Below are positions 24,768 to 38,000 of a stretch of DNA of 64,000 bases, in pieces. Both the position numbers and the translations under genes were made by a program. How positions within the stretch are numbered: position 1 is the first letter of the stretch; each line of letters begins with the position of its first letter. This DNA comes from Phoronis australis (taxonomy: Eukaryota; Animalia; Phoronida), in NCBI GenBank assembly GCA_002633005.1, contig NMRA01000847.1, positions 1 to 64,000 on the forward strand, in the 5' to 3' direction. The notes beneath the pieces were generated by a model that was not told where the DNA came from, searched no databases, and saw only the letters and a list, made by a program, of their open reading frames with translations.

Positions 24768-25145
24768 TTATCTATCTTTCCACGACAAAAGAGTGATATC
24801 ATACAGAGGTCTCATTCCCATGTCTTCCACCATGACCTCCTTATCCAAGTGCAGTAACATACTGCCACCTCTTAGCTCTAAACGCAACTTTTCAGTGTAT
24901 TCTTGAAGACCGAAAGTATTCAAGAAGAGGCAAACTTGACCCACACTCATGAAAGGAATCTTCATTGTAATCGTGCCAGTTTTCGGATCAAAACCCTCGA
25001 GATCCTCGTACATGTAGCTCGGAGGAGACAACTCCGCGTTGCAGGGCAGGTGCAAGTAATAGCCTTCTGGGTTGGCACACTCCTCCAACGAACTGTCAAG
25101 CTTAGTTATCGTTTTCCTTAATTTAGTGTTGGTTTTTTCCAAGCC
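24768..25145 (-). pseudogene. Orphan duplicate of the SAM terminal exon; ORF and acceptor still intact
   Basis: caacag|GGC TTG GAA...SWKDR* is open, with a 6-nt in-frame insertion. Upstream SAM-gene exons are absent. SAM-core substitutions (LIDG>LRGG, LHAIRL>LYDITL). Confidence 0.7.
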
Positions 25146-26989
25146 CTGTTGAAAAGAAAACGTTATAATATGTTATAAGGGTCTTGCCTTGTGTCTTTGT
25201 ATATAAATGTATGTTACATGAGCAAATCTTAGTTTTTTGACCTAGAGTTGCAAGGATAGGACAATTCATAGACAACTCGATTGTCGCTACAGGATATGGG
25301 TGGTATACTAGGTATCGCAAGGTTCAGTGTGAAATCGCAGTAAAAAATTCATATGACATTAGAATTTACACAGTGCAATACCACACTCAATAATACCTTT
25401 GCGTCTACTGAGCTCTCACACGAGCCGAGTGTCAAATTGATGATGGCGGAAAGTAAGCATTTTGGAAAGTACCTGATAACAGTAAAACTTTGGTACACAA
25501 AGAACTGTCCAAAACCAACCCATTAAGTGATGTTTAAGACCGCAGGTAGTGTAGTATAATGAGCTATCGAAACTGCCAGCAGGAAAGATACATCAGCGGC
25601 AACACATGTCCCCCAAATTTGCGGCTAGATCAAGAAACCACAAAAATGATTTTCAAAGAGTCCTTTCATTCCATTGGCTACTAAACAATACGTTGAAAGA
25701 AAAGCAACAGATGTGTTTTCAAAAATCTTTAATAGCCAAATCTAAACTAGAAATAACAAGACTTTCAAACAGCAACCCATCAACCTTAATGAATTCACAA
25801 AAATATTACGATCCACTTTGTTGAACAAGTATGGGGGAACACACGATACCTATTGGCGGTCCAGTTATTGGGTACTGATCATTTATGATTAAATTTAAAA
25901 TGTTTCGTCATCGAGTGGAGCTATGCTGATAAGTAAATTTTACATTTTTACGTATTTTAACTCATTATGACTTCTCATTTGAAACACAGCTACAAACGAT
26001 GTTGATATATACATGAAGGCCTATGTATGCTTGATGCATTCTCCAGTGAACAGAAAACATGCAGAAAATGGCCAGGACTGGGGCAATGATCGGATAAAGC
26101 GGTCCCACTTCAAACAACTATAACTTCTTTAATTGTTAACATAGAATCATTATTTTAGTATCCACGTGTTTACAAGGCGTATAGAAATTGCTCTGTGTTG
26201 TTAGTTTTGCCTTCCCATCACTCATCTAGACTAGTTCATGAGGTGGGAAAGTTACGCAAGCAACAGTGGTCGACAGGCATTCTTTTTGACAGTCGATCAC
26301 ATAACACTGCGGTACCCACTCCTTGAGCGAAAACCCAACGGCCCTTTTAAGTAAATTTTCTTGATAACTTCGATTTTATAATAAAAACGTATACCATTAC
26401 TATACCTACACTGTAATTGGTACAGTGGTAACACAAGAATTAATAATGAATTATTCCACTGGTGCTTGTAATTCTATGACAAGCAGATAATCCTTTTAAA
26501 CTAAGGTAGAATCAAAAACAAAATTCATTTTGCTTTCAGGCACCACACATCAAAAGTGTGGCCACACCAACACGATTTGTTAACTTTGTATGCCTGAGTA
26601 AAACGTGACAAACGACACCTGTTTCCCTTGGTTCCCGAAACACTTTGAATCACAGTTACAAAAGAGTTAAGTAACGTTGCACGAAGCCACGAGATTTATC
26701 CGGATTTTCCTTCCGTGCCTCTTGACATTGTGACGCATCGTTTCCTCACCCTGTAAATGGATACACACAATCGCCGGTAGGTGTCAGGAATCTCGATGAC
26801 GTCACTGTACTGGTAACCGACTTTTGATAAAGTCGGCAAAAATGTAATTTCAAAGTAGATCGTTTAATTAAAAATTGAGTAATAGTATGGCAAAACTTAA
26901 AACACAGTCCAATTTCTATTTGTCTGTGAACACATGGATAACAAAATCATGATTTTAAGTTAGAAATTAAAGACTTAATGGTGGTTTAA

Positions 26990-28665
26990 AGTCCTTCTCT
27001 CAATCGTTGTTAACCCTTATTACATGGTTAGAAGATGTTATAAGGATCCAAGAAGTACCTACCCCATAACTAATACACGATCCGTACTCGAAAACAGTTT
27101 AAATGAACGTGCCACTCACGATTCGCACCCGAAGAAACACCGCCATTTTGAACTTGCCGCGAACCCGGAAGTACAATTCATTCAGGAACCCAGGCCGAGA
27201 AAACGCCGTCAGTGCGACTGGAGCAGTGCCTGTACTGTTACCAGCCAGCAAACGGGGATAAAAAAATCGACAGCGCGCCTTAATTTTGATAAAATCAAAC
27301 TACGGACAATTTTATGGAATTTGCTGAAGAAATGTGGCGAATAAATTTTGACAGAAATTATTTTGCCAGACTGGGGACCGCAGCCTATCGGACCCGGTGC
27401 GGATCGAGACCAGACACTGGCGAACGGTAAATGCATGCGGTTGCAAGCTGTTTTGTCGAAGTAAAATGGTCAAATGATAAATGCTGCATATATTCAAGGG
27501 TAGTTTCAGACACTTGCATGAAATTACGGGCTGGTTAGTCCTGTGTCACACTGCCGCGGCAGACCTTAGTTAGCCTCAGTCACCAGCTACCAGTGAAGAC
27601 TATAGTCAAAATACAGCTTGTTAGTAGGCCTATACAGCTTTGCGCCAAGACTACCCTTAGGCCTAACTGGTCGCTGGCCACAAACACAAAAAACACGAAA
27701 ATTGAACAAAGTTTCTTTTTTGTAGCAACGTTTGTCAAAATGTATCAACGTTAAATCTTCACAAATTACAAAGTAGCCGATTGAACATGCCTTTCAGTTC
27801 AGCAAAAGTCGACATTGTAGGTGCCGCCAGAAATGAGACGAAGTCCAACGGGAATTGTGAGCACATTTATCACTTAATGAGTAACAACTGCGAGGCTGAA
27901 ATTTGGTGAACACTGCTAAATCGTGCAGAATAGTAAGTAAAGATATGTCTAACTAAATTTTACCGTAATTTGTTGGCGAAAACAATTTACACAAAGTTTT
28001 AAACTCGTAACTCATCCCGCTGTCCTCCAATATGGCCGACGCGATCCAAACAAAGTGACCCAAATTTCGCCACAAAACTTGCAATAACTTTACAGTGCTT
28101 GCCCCGATTTTGATACTTTTTCGATTTTTACTGAGTAGAATGTACTACCTTTCCGATGATAGCAAAGTACTTTTTCAAAACGAGGAAAAAAATAAAACCG
28201 AAAAAAAATGGTTCGACCCATATTGGTTCCTAGGTTCGACCGGCCTACGTAAGGAACTAAACACCAATGCTATTTTAACATACTAAGTACGCGTAACATT
28301 CCAAAAAAATCAACGACCACTAACTACAAACTATAAATACACTACATATGCAAACGAATCACGATATATTACTAATAAAACAAAATAATGAAGACTTTTC
28401 GAGCAAGCCATAGCACATTCAGTTACAAGGAAAAAATGGCGGCGTTCAGGACAAGTTCCTGAACTGATGAGCCGGAAATGTGGGTACGGAAATAACCGAT
28501 GACAACCGGTAATCATACGCTCAGAGAGAAGGGTCAAATACTGTTAAAAAATCGCTTTTGGCAAGAAAGGCGAAAAGAATATAAAGAAAGGGTGTCGAAA
28601 ATAAGAATTTATATAGCAAGTATTTTCGGATACTGGAACTACATGGGCAGTTTGCAAGAAGGACT
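26990..28665. mobile_element. Kolobok-type non-autonomous insertion (1676 bp) nested in an older repeat
   Basis: TTAA on both sides (26986-26989, 28666-28669). Short TIR AGTCCTTCT/AGAAGGACT starting with purines. Empty site GTGGTTTAAATTGGGACCGC at ~5560 in unit A. Confidence 0.8.
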
Positions 28666-28866
28666 TTAAAGCGGGACCGCAATTTCGCATTAGTGCCTAA
28701 AACGTCCCTGTCATTACTACTGCGCCGGGTGATGGCACAACGAGAATAGCTGAATTTACAACTAAACAGATAAAGATAACTGATACAGTTAAAAAGAATC
28801 AAACAGTGAGAAAAACAACTTCCAACGTGTTTGTAACAAAGCAGACGTGTCGATCTAATTTCTCAC

Positions 28867-29033
28867 ACGAATCCCCTTCAGTCAGGATGCGTTCCTATAC
28901 TAGAGTTGCTGTAAGATGATTTGTCTGGCTAGAGATTTGATCATACCCGTCTTCGAGAAATCTCCAGCATTCTGGGCTGAAGTAGACGACACTACGAAAA
29001 AAGGGGGGCAAGAAGAGCCAATGGGACCTTCAT
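28867..29033 (-). pseudogene. Pseudogenized first exon of the third paralog (unit B copy)
   Basis: MKVPLALL then a frameshift and TAG; continues SSTSAQNAGDFSKTGMIKSLARQIILQQL*...ERILTEGDS|gtgag. Confidence 0.8.
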
Positions 29034-29289
29034 CTACATGTTACTGCGATTCAAAATTAGGAGATTGAAAAGCTGTATTCCACCTTATTTAACTGGCTAA
29101 GGACAAAAATGGAATTAAACCCTTTACTTGCTCTCATAAAATTGATCTCATTTCATTCCTTACTATGACAGGATTCTCATTTCTATGAACTCAACCCAGA
29201 GGTAATAAATATACTGTACATGCACCATTCACAATTTCAAGTTTAGCCATCCCCAATAAAATCTCGAGCGTTTTTTTGGACACCGATGG

Positions 29290-29775
29290 TTTCACCGTTT
29301 ATGATGGTAACGAAATGGAATCCTCACTGCAAGGAACATTACGAGACTGGTTGTATTGGTATTCAATGCCGAACACGATTTTGTTTTTAGCAAGTAAGGC
29401 AAAATGTAACTTTAAATATTGTTCGTTAAAATTGTGTCCGTCAACGTCATTTGCGTCATCTAGATAGACACTTTGTTTTAGACGATGGTAGTCAATAGCG
29501 GAATAATGAAAGAGTAAAAGTTAATCCGTCCGGATTGAGATGGTTTTACCGTTTATGTTTGTAATAGAATGAAATACTCACTGAAAGAAACATTATGAGA
29601 CTGGTTCTACGAGAGGTCAATGCCGAATACGATTTTATTTTTAGCTAGCTAAACACGGTGAAAAGTAATTTTAAATATTGTTCGTTAAAGTGGTGTCCGT
29701 TAACGTCATTTGCCTCATTTAGATAGACATTTTGTTTTAGATAATGGTAGTCAATGGCGGAATAATGAAAGAGGA
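29290..29775 (+). repeat. Diverged ~250-bp direct tandem duplication (unit B); one copy in unit A
   Basis: TCACCGTTTATG...GCGGAATAATGAAAGAG occurs twice (~29292-29514 and ~29546-29773). Confidence 0.7.
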
Positions 29776-30772
29776 ACACTTCAAAAGACATACCCTGTCT
29801 AAATTGTTGCGAAGCGGCAATTAGTACATTGTTCAGATACGTGATGCGTAAGCCAATGCGTTGTCATTGCTGCTATGCAACTTTTATGTAAACGAGCCCA
29901 GAAATTGACCTCGATGTTGCTTTGATTTCATTTCAGGATTTGGTTATACGCCAATGTCTCGTTGTAATAAAGCATTTTTGTTTGAAATTATGAGGGTATC
30001 AGTCTGCACAAATTAGATTCATTTTGCCGATATATCTCTTGGAATTATACAACAAATGGTGAATGACGAAAAAATGAACGGAATAAAAAATAAACTCTTG
30101 TAATAAGTGAAACCATGGTGGCAGAAATGACATTTTCATAAAATTGCGAAAAATCTAAACTTTGAACTCAGGGTTTTCAACGGAAAAACAATTGTCCTCC
30201 CGGCCATGTTCTCATGTCGCGTACGTTAACAATTACTCACATACCATTGTGAGATGATCCTATCTGTCGCAGGTATTACTTTGTACCGCAGTCAAATGTA
30301 ACCCGGTCTTACAGGATATCCATGCAATTAGCGTATATGTGAGTTTACATTTTGCAGGCTGTTTCTTTACGCCTTTGGCAGATACTGTCTACAGTCTTAC
30401 TTCTGCAGAATGTGAGCACAGAGCACTATTTTTTTAAATCCTTAGTGTCGTCAGTGACATTGATTTGAAACTACTGAGACTTTTGTGAACAGGGGTAGGA
30501 AAAATACATGTATATTCATCGATGTTTAGTAAAATCCTCTGAAAGCCTTGAAAGGACCGTGTATCACCGCCACATCACAATCTTTAACTTCCAAATTCGA
30601 CTATAGAATGCATTCGGAGCGGTAAAATCACCATTCTTAATCATGTGTACAATTTTATACATTGTATGAGATACTTTCAACACGTCTGTGCACTGAGATT
30701 TAAATGGAAATCAACAGCATTGTTATTTTCAAAAACATTTTTGCTAAACTTACAATTCATCAAGTGCAAACC

Positions 30773-31250
30773 AAACCTTACCTGGATATATAATCATAGG
30801 CGTAGGTCGTGATAGTTTATCTTTGACAGTTTATATAATCCACGTGACCAGATGTCAGTTCTCACGGCGCATGCGTTCCCTACTGGTTACATTTGGATTA
30901 GGACTAAGTTTACTCGATAATGACGAGCGTAATGGTACATGTAGCAGAGAAAACGAAAACAATGATGATGGCTAAAATGCTGATGAATTGGCGTGTCTTA
31001 ATTTTTTATTGACAAATGTGAAGAAAATCTCTCTCACGTGTAAGTGCACACATACATGCGCACGCACAAACTAACACTCGTCTGTAGACAACATCCCATT
31101 CTTGATGGCGGCGAATTTTAATTCGCAGAATAATGTTAACACTCACGGATGATATTAAGTAGGAACATTTTATTAAATATTGAGTATACCTAGACATATA
31201 TAACAATGGAGCAAATTCTACGTGCTAGGAACCAGTTCTTACAAGTAGGT
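30773..31250. promoter_or_regulatory. Unit-B copy of the putative bidirectional promoter
   Basis: Same donor/TATA/CACGTG/GCGCATGCG cluster and plus-side CATATATAAC as 7384-7810. Confidence 0.35.
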
Positions 31251-32047
31251 GTCACAAATGGTTTATTGACTTTTGACTAAAGATCGGATTGTACGGACGG
31301 ATAAGCCCCGTGTTTCACAAAATCAGTCAAAGGTTTAGAATTAGTAAATCAGTCTTTAACTCGAAGCCGAAGGAAAAAAATTTAGTTTGGTTGTGAGAAG
31401 GCTGGAAACCAAAGCCAAGAAACAAAAATACATCTTTGGCTACAGAATTTTTGAGAAACAGGCGCCAGACTACCGCAGAGAATTTAATTTTCATCAACAG
31501 GTACATGTTTTTTAAATAGACTTTCCGGACTGAGCAAGTGGTGTTAGAGTTATAGTTGGCCTACAACAGCTGAAAGAACACGCATCTTCGCAACGCCCAA
31601 TTCTGAAGTAGGCACGTGCTTCTTTACATGTATGACGGCGGCGCCCATGGAATTTAATCACAATTATCAAAACTCAGTGTTATGATGGGCGGCTGCGATT
31701 AGCGTGGGATCACGCTGACGTGACGCTTCATTGCAGGGAACATTTTGGAAAGCTATCATTCGGAGGGCGAAAGGTGAGAGAAGAGCTTGTGTTCTCAACT
31801 GCGGGAACACGTTTTTATAGCACTTTAACCTACCTTGATTTAGTTCAAGTGTTTGCTTTCCACGTATACGAAACTTTGCTTCACATCACGCAAAATGAGG
31901 AGTTACATGTACTTTATCGCATTTTGACTTTCAAATAACGTCTGCATTTTTTCTTTTATCAAGCGACATACAAAACGAGATTTTAAAAAGTAGCTTTTTG
32001 CAGATTTCACGCATATAATGCTCTCATATTAATGGTTTCAATTGTAG

Positions 32048-35000
32048 ATGTCGCTCTCAATCCTGGCGTTTGTCATTGCTCTGGTGGGCATCTGCTCACC
32101 GGCGGCCATTAGCAAGAATGACGTGGACAAGCAACAGACGGACGTCATCAAGTCTCTAGCGCGCCAATTGATTCTGCAACAACTTGCCACAGAAGAAAGA
32201 ATACGATCAGAGGGCGACTCAGGTTATTTATGAAAACAGTTCACAAGTTTTCTGTGCATAAAATTTTAGGTGAATAGGTACAAACTAACTGCCGTTCCTT
32301 TTACTCTTTCGTATTACGAAATGAAATTAAAAACAGAACCACGTGCTGCTTAGTTTTATGTTTATTCGTTACATAAATACAGTAGAAATAAAAAGCATAT
32401 GAGTGTAGGAACTTATTTTCAATATACCATGGCGGTGCAGAACTGAAAAAAGTTTTGGTTATAGTCCCCTATGGTGCGCCGCCCATGCATATGTGTATAA
32501 AAACTTCGTTTTCATTGATAACCTCTTTTGTTATAAAGAATTTAAAGTCTTTTGAACATAATCTATGGCCCTGTTTTATGAAAACTATCTTATGGACCCA
32601 CCTAGAAATTTGATCTTACACGCCCCCACTTGGCAGTTTTTGAACAAAAGTTTAACCAAGTTATGAGCGTCTCCCAGTTTGGAAGAATTTACAGATGTAG
32701 TCTCAATAACACTTAAACAATTCTGTCACCCAACATTCTAACATACTTTACACTTTTTCAGGTGACAGTTAACTGCGTTTCAGAATACTTGGGTGCAGAG
32801 TAAGATCAAATTTCTGTCTTACATGTAATTCTCGAACCAACGTTCGTGAAACTGACACTTGAACCAAGATGCCAATATTTCGACATGACAAAGATGACAG
32901 AGCAGGATCCTGAGATTCCGACGTAATTATCTCGGGATATAGGATCTCCAGATAATGGCTTATTCATCTCGGGATCACGAGAGGCCCGGCTTAAATAACT
33001 TGACATATCTCGATTCTATCAACACAGTCTGTTTTCAAATCTCCAGCGGTCTCAACCGGGAAATGATTTTCACAACGAATACTTGAACTAGTTGGGATAT
33101 AACCTCGATCGTTGTACACTAAACTGAATGCATGGCCAGGGGCGTCGAGAGGAGGTGGACAGGAGGGCCCACAACCCCAGGACACGTGGCAGTGAAGGAG
33201 GCCCGTCGGTGATGAAAAAACGTCGTAACAAAAAATAAACGTTCAAGACTTCTGGGTCGGTCAGCCTCAGTTAGGCAAGACAAAAACTTAGAATTGCTGC
33301 GTACTTATATCTGACAGTTGAATCTTTTTAAGGAAAAGAATATGTAGATCACGAATTTTTCTTGCACAACTGCATATAATATGCAGACAAGTTCTAGCAG
33401 AAAAATAAATGTTCTCCAGGTAAACTAATAATTCGGCGTCACCCTTACCGAAAAGTACTTGTACCAACTCCAGCAAAACTGTAATATTAAAGATGGCGAT
33501 TCCTCATGATACGGTACTCCAAAAATAATTTGACGCAAGTGCGCCCCCCTAAAACCCCATTCTTCTGAGCCATAACACTCTGATGGAAAGATATTTAAAT
33601 GTCTCATACATCAACATTAGGACAAGTAATGAAAGCTGTCTCCAATTTTGATCCACACACAGTCAGTAGAGCTATCACGATGCATCATAGAGGCAACAAA
33701 ACATCAGTGACAATGCTTTTGTTAAGAACTTGATTCTGTCAACAGGAATTCAGAGAGCATGATCTGAGGAAAGGGCAGAACTCAGATTGATCACGGCACG
33801 ACAGATTTACGTGTCTGATGTTAATGTCTGATATCAGTGGGATGATTTTAAAAATACTCTTTCCGCTTAAAACTGCATTACTACTAGACAAAAGTTTTGC
33901 TGGCTGAAAAACAAAAAAAGAAATTAGGTATCTTACTGTTTAAAATCGGTCTCACATGACAGGCCTTGTTTTCTGTTGCCAAGAATATTCCAATTTGGAT
34001 AAAGATGAAGCTGTTAGAGATCTTTTCAACTTAGGGCTGTCGCAAAAAGAAACTGTAGACATCCTCAGGCATCGCTTTGTTATCATTATTAGCGTTAGAC
34101 ATCTTCTGCGTTTGGTGTCAAGACCTAGGTCTCGCACGTAGTAGCAATTATTCAGACAATGATGATATCAAAAATTGGTTTCATAGACTGACAAATATCG
34201 ATGCCAGGACAGCAATATGGTTATAGATTTATGTACCACAAATGTGTCACTAATGGCTTAATGGTGAAACGAAAAACTGTGCGAATCATTCTTTCTGCAG
34301 TCGATCCAGATGGCGGGCAGTGCGACGCGCCAAACGACTGTATACGTACAGCAACACACTGAGGAAAAGTTTCACGGGATCTCGAGATAATTACTAAGGA
34401 AACGCACGATGTCATTTTTGGGCCACCGTAGGAATGAGCTCTTAGCAGACCAAAACTATTGCCCGTGCGGTTACACTGAATTGAAACATTCTACCTCGTT
34501 CAATGCTTGTTTTAGTCCAGTAAAACAACTATCACACAGCCAATTTGTTGTTTGAAACATTTTCGAATAGTCTCAGCTCCTTAAACAAATGCAGGTGATT
34601 TCATAACAATAATAGCAATGGAGAAAAAGTACAATTCCAAAGTTCATCCAATGGTTATGGTGACGTTTGTTGTTCTTGAATGTTTAGGCATTAAGCAACT
34701 CCGGATTGGTCGCGGAGGCACGCGTCCCTACCACTCAGATACTTGGGTCGGGAGCAAGGTAGCTTCCATACACGACCACGCTAACAACATCCGCACAGTT
34801 GGGTTGGGAGAGTTCGTAGCTGTCCTTAATGGCGTCGAATTCAGAACGAGGCACAACGACTATGGTTTGCGCATGCCCAGCACGAAGAGCAAACAATGGG
34901 GTGCTGTTGAAGAAATACCATACCCCGAAGTACCTGACGCGGTAAGTTGAATAAATTTAATTTTCTAAATCTGAATTTGCAACGTCATTCGGGTAATGTC

Positions 35001-38000
35001 ACTGAATAAGTGGACCTATAATGACCATTTATTCAGCGACATTACCCGATGCAAGATTTGAAAAAAACGTCATCCTCCAAGTGCCAAATACCACCTCCTT
35101 TGGTATTTGTCATGTGTATTTGGATTTCTCTACAACTTCTCACTGCAGCAAATGATGTTTCACATATCGTACGACTATGGACTGATCCCGAGCCCGCTAT
35201 CAGGTTACACTGTATATGAATAGAGATAGAGCAGTCGTTCTATATTCATTTCAATACACGATCAAGCTTTTATGTTCTGACATCTCATTCTGCTCGCTTG
35301 ATTGACCTATCGCAAGCTCCGCCCCTTTTCGTGTTGTCGACTAACAAACAATAAGATTTACCTGGCAACGTGTTGTTTGCCGGGTAAGATAGCTGCTTAG
35401 AAATGAAGGTGTATCAAGAATGCTGCGTTCTGATTGGTCAGATAAGCCGTCACTCAAAATCCTGGCGATATGTCAAACAATGCAAATAACGACTTTTATG
35501 ACCGGGCAACATACACCTGTATGGCATTTCCTGCTTGGTCAGTCAACGGTTGGTCCCATACAAAAATCAGACCGAAAAAGAGGTTGACATTTCAAAATAT
35601 GGACCGATTCAGAGGATGCTATCTTGACACATGGACCGACGTCCATATGACAAGATACCTTGAGTGATCGGTCTATATATTATTGCTTGATCACTGATTT
35701 TCTCTATTGTTATTAAATTAGCTTGTTCTTACCTGCTGCGATGTGCTGACATCATCTGTTCGCGTCGTTTATGATTTCTACAGCCGCCTGGAATTGGTCA
35801 CGTGCCAGAAATGCTCCATGTACGTTGCTGGTGACTAAATTCTAGTCCTGGGAACCAGGTTCCTCCTAATGGCTATAGAATTATTTTCACTCTTAAATTT
35901 GTTCAGGTAAAAAAACAACCAACGGTGAAAGCTCAAATTGCGGAAATGAAGGAGTGGTTCAAAGCCTGGAAGAATCAGGACTACAGCAAACGAGACTACA
36001 GAAAACACTTCAAACCAGTTCTCTGTTACCTTGAAGGTATGTTGAATCCATTGAGCGCACTCTACTAGTTCCATCTAGAGTTTGAGAACGGACCCATATA
36101 CGCAAACACACGCATAATATATACATATACATGTATACATGTGTGTGTGTAATCTGGCACTCATGGTGCTTTCAGGATAGGTGCCCTCAGTCCCATCAAT
36201 CGGTACAAATCCATGTCAGTTTGACGATGAATATCAATCAGATCACCATTCACGGCACCATTCATTCCAAAACGTTTCGATCATTGACCATTCCTCTGAG
36301 TGATAAAAAACTTGTAAATTAATTTTGTAGGTTGACGATGAAACTTGCACGCAATTTTACACCAACCGCTAATATGAATTCTAATTAATCATAGCTATCG
36401 TATCATAAAATTCATACGAGCTCCTCTGACAAACTATAGGAAAGACCAACAAAAATTGGCTATGAAATTCGACAGTGTATTCAAAGCGTGCGATATTGGC
36501 GCCATCGCGCGAGTCGAGACTCTAAAAAGCTTGTGAAGCTGCTACAGACCCGCCTGCTGCCAAGAATTGTGAAATTTGACCAGGTACGAGTTCCGTAGAC
36601 GCAAGAAACTCGCGAATGAAGCAAGTGTGATCACATACTGTGCTCTGCCATTTCGGGAAATCTTGCGTTATTGCCAGGGTTTCGGGTTTTTACTACGCAC
36701 GCCAGGCTCAATAATTTGCCTTGATCCGACTGGTCACTCACTGTACGTGACTTGCAAACACCCCCAAACAATAGCGAACTACAAGTTCGTTCCAAGCCTA
36801 TAATCACATGCACTGTAATCTGGAAAGAAACAAGGTGAGAATGAGTGTGCGGTGCGTAGATTCGAGAACGTCACGAAATACAAAATCAGGCGTGTCTTCG
36901 ACATAGTACATTATCACCATGTATTGCAAACGAAGTACGCGCTCACAAAAGCGTCCTTCTCGAGATCATTGCGACTACGGAACTCTGTGAGAGATTCATC
37001 AGGGTAGGTGGTTTAAGTCTGTTTTACAGAGTGCAGATGCATGCCCACTGTAGGACGTCTACGAAATTTCAAAGATTAGTTACATATTTCCGATATTTTG
37101 GGTTATTTCGAATACCGCATGTTCACTTGTATTAACATCATCTGCAATGCAAGTGTATGCCGGCAATCAACACGCCTCTTTGGTATGTGGTGATACTGTA
37201 GAATCGTATTTATTTCCATGCAGTTGAAAAAACGGACGTTTATTACCAGGACGCTTTTTGAATTGAACAGTTGCGATGGACTCTAATTCCGAAAGCGAAA
37301 ACTTCAACGTTTCATTAAGTCGTTATTTTCACGCAAAAAATGCGTTTGCATGATCGCCATGATTTGATAAATACATGTACATGTCTTTGATAACGTGAGT
37401 GGTATTGGCACCCAAATACTATTTTTTTAAAAAATTGACCCTTGGCAGTGCTCGACACATAGCTTGACGCCAACTCGCCAAATGCAAATCCCAGGTCGCC
37501 AAACATGAGGTGGGAAGATGACAGCTAAAAATCTCATGTCGCTCTCATTTTATTTATAATTAAGCGCAACGTTTCCATTTTCCGTACATACATTCTCTGC
37601 AACCACTCCCTGTATTGCAATGTACATGTACATTACACTTTATTAGTGACGCATTACCGCTGTTGGTTTTTTCGTTATTCAATAGGGGTCCTGAAGTATA
37701 CTCTCCGATCACTCAGCAATGTTTAATGTATACGGCGGGCTCATAATTTATTAAATTTCGTTTGGGAGTTGTATTTTGGTTTGCTAATACCAATCCAATC
37801 TAACAGAATTCCTCTTACTGAACACAGGCTGCCAGAAACACTGGAGGCGTGTGTCCGACTTTTGCAGAACAACTCCGCCTTCCTTCTTTTGTAATTTTAG
37901 CGCGTTTTACATTAGACAGTGACCACCGTCTCTAGCTGGCCAGTAAAGACGGTGAAGCTCCTATATGGGCTTCATACACCGGAAGTTTTTCGGCGAATTA

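Noticed and set aside
36270-36300. Hammerhead-like GGTCA-A-TGATC-GAAACGTT on the minus strand
   Set aside because: The CUGANGA box is not intact and there is no stem I.
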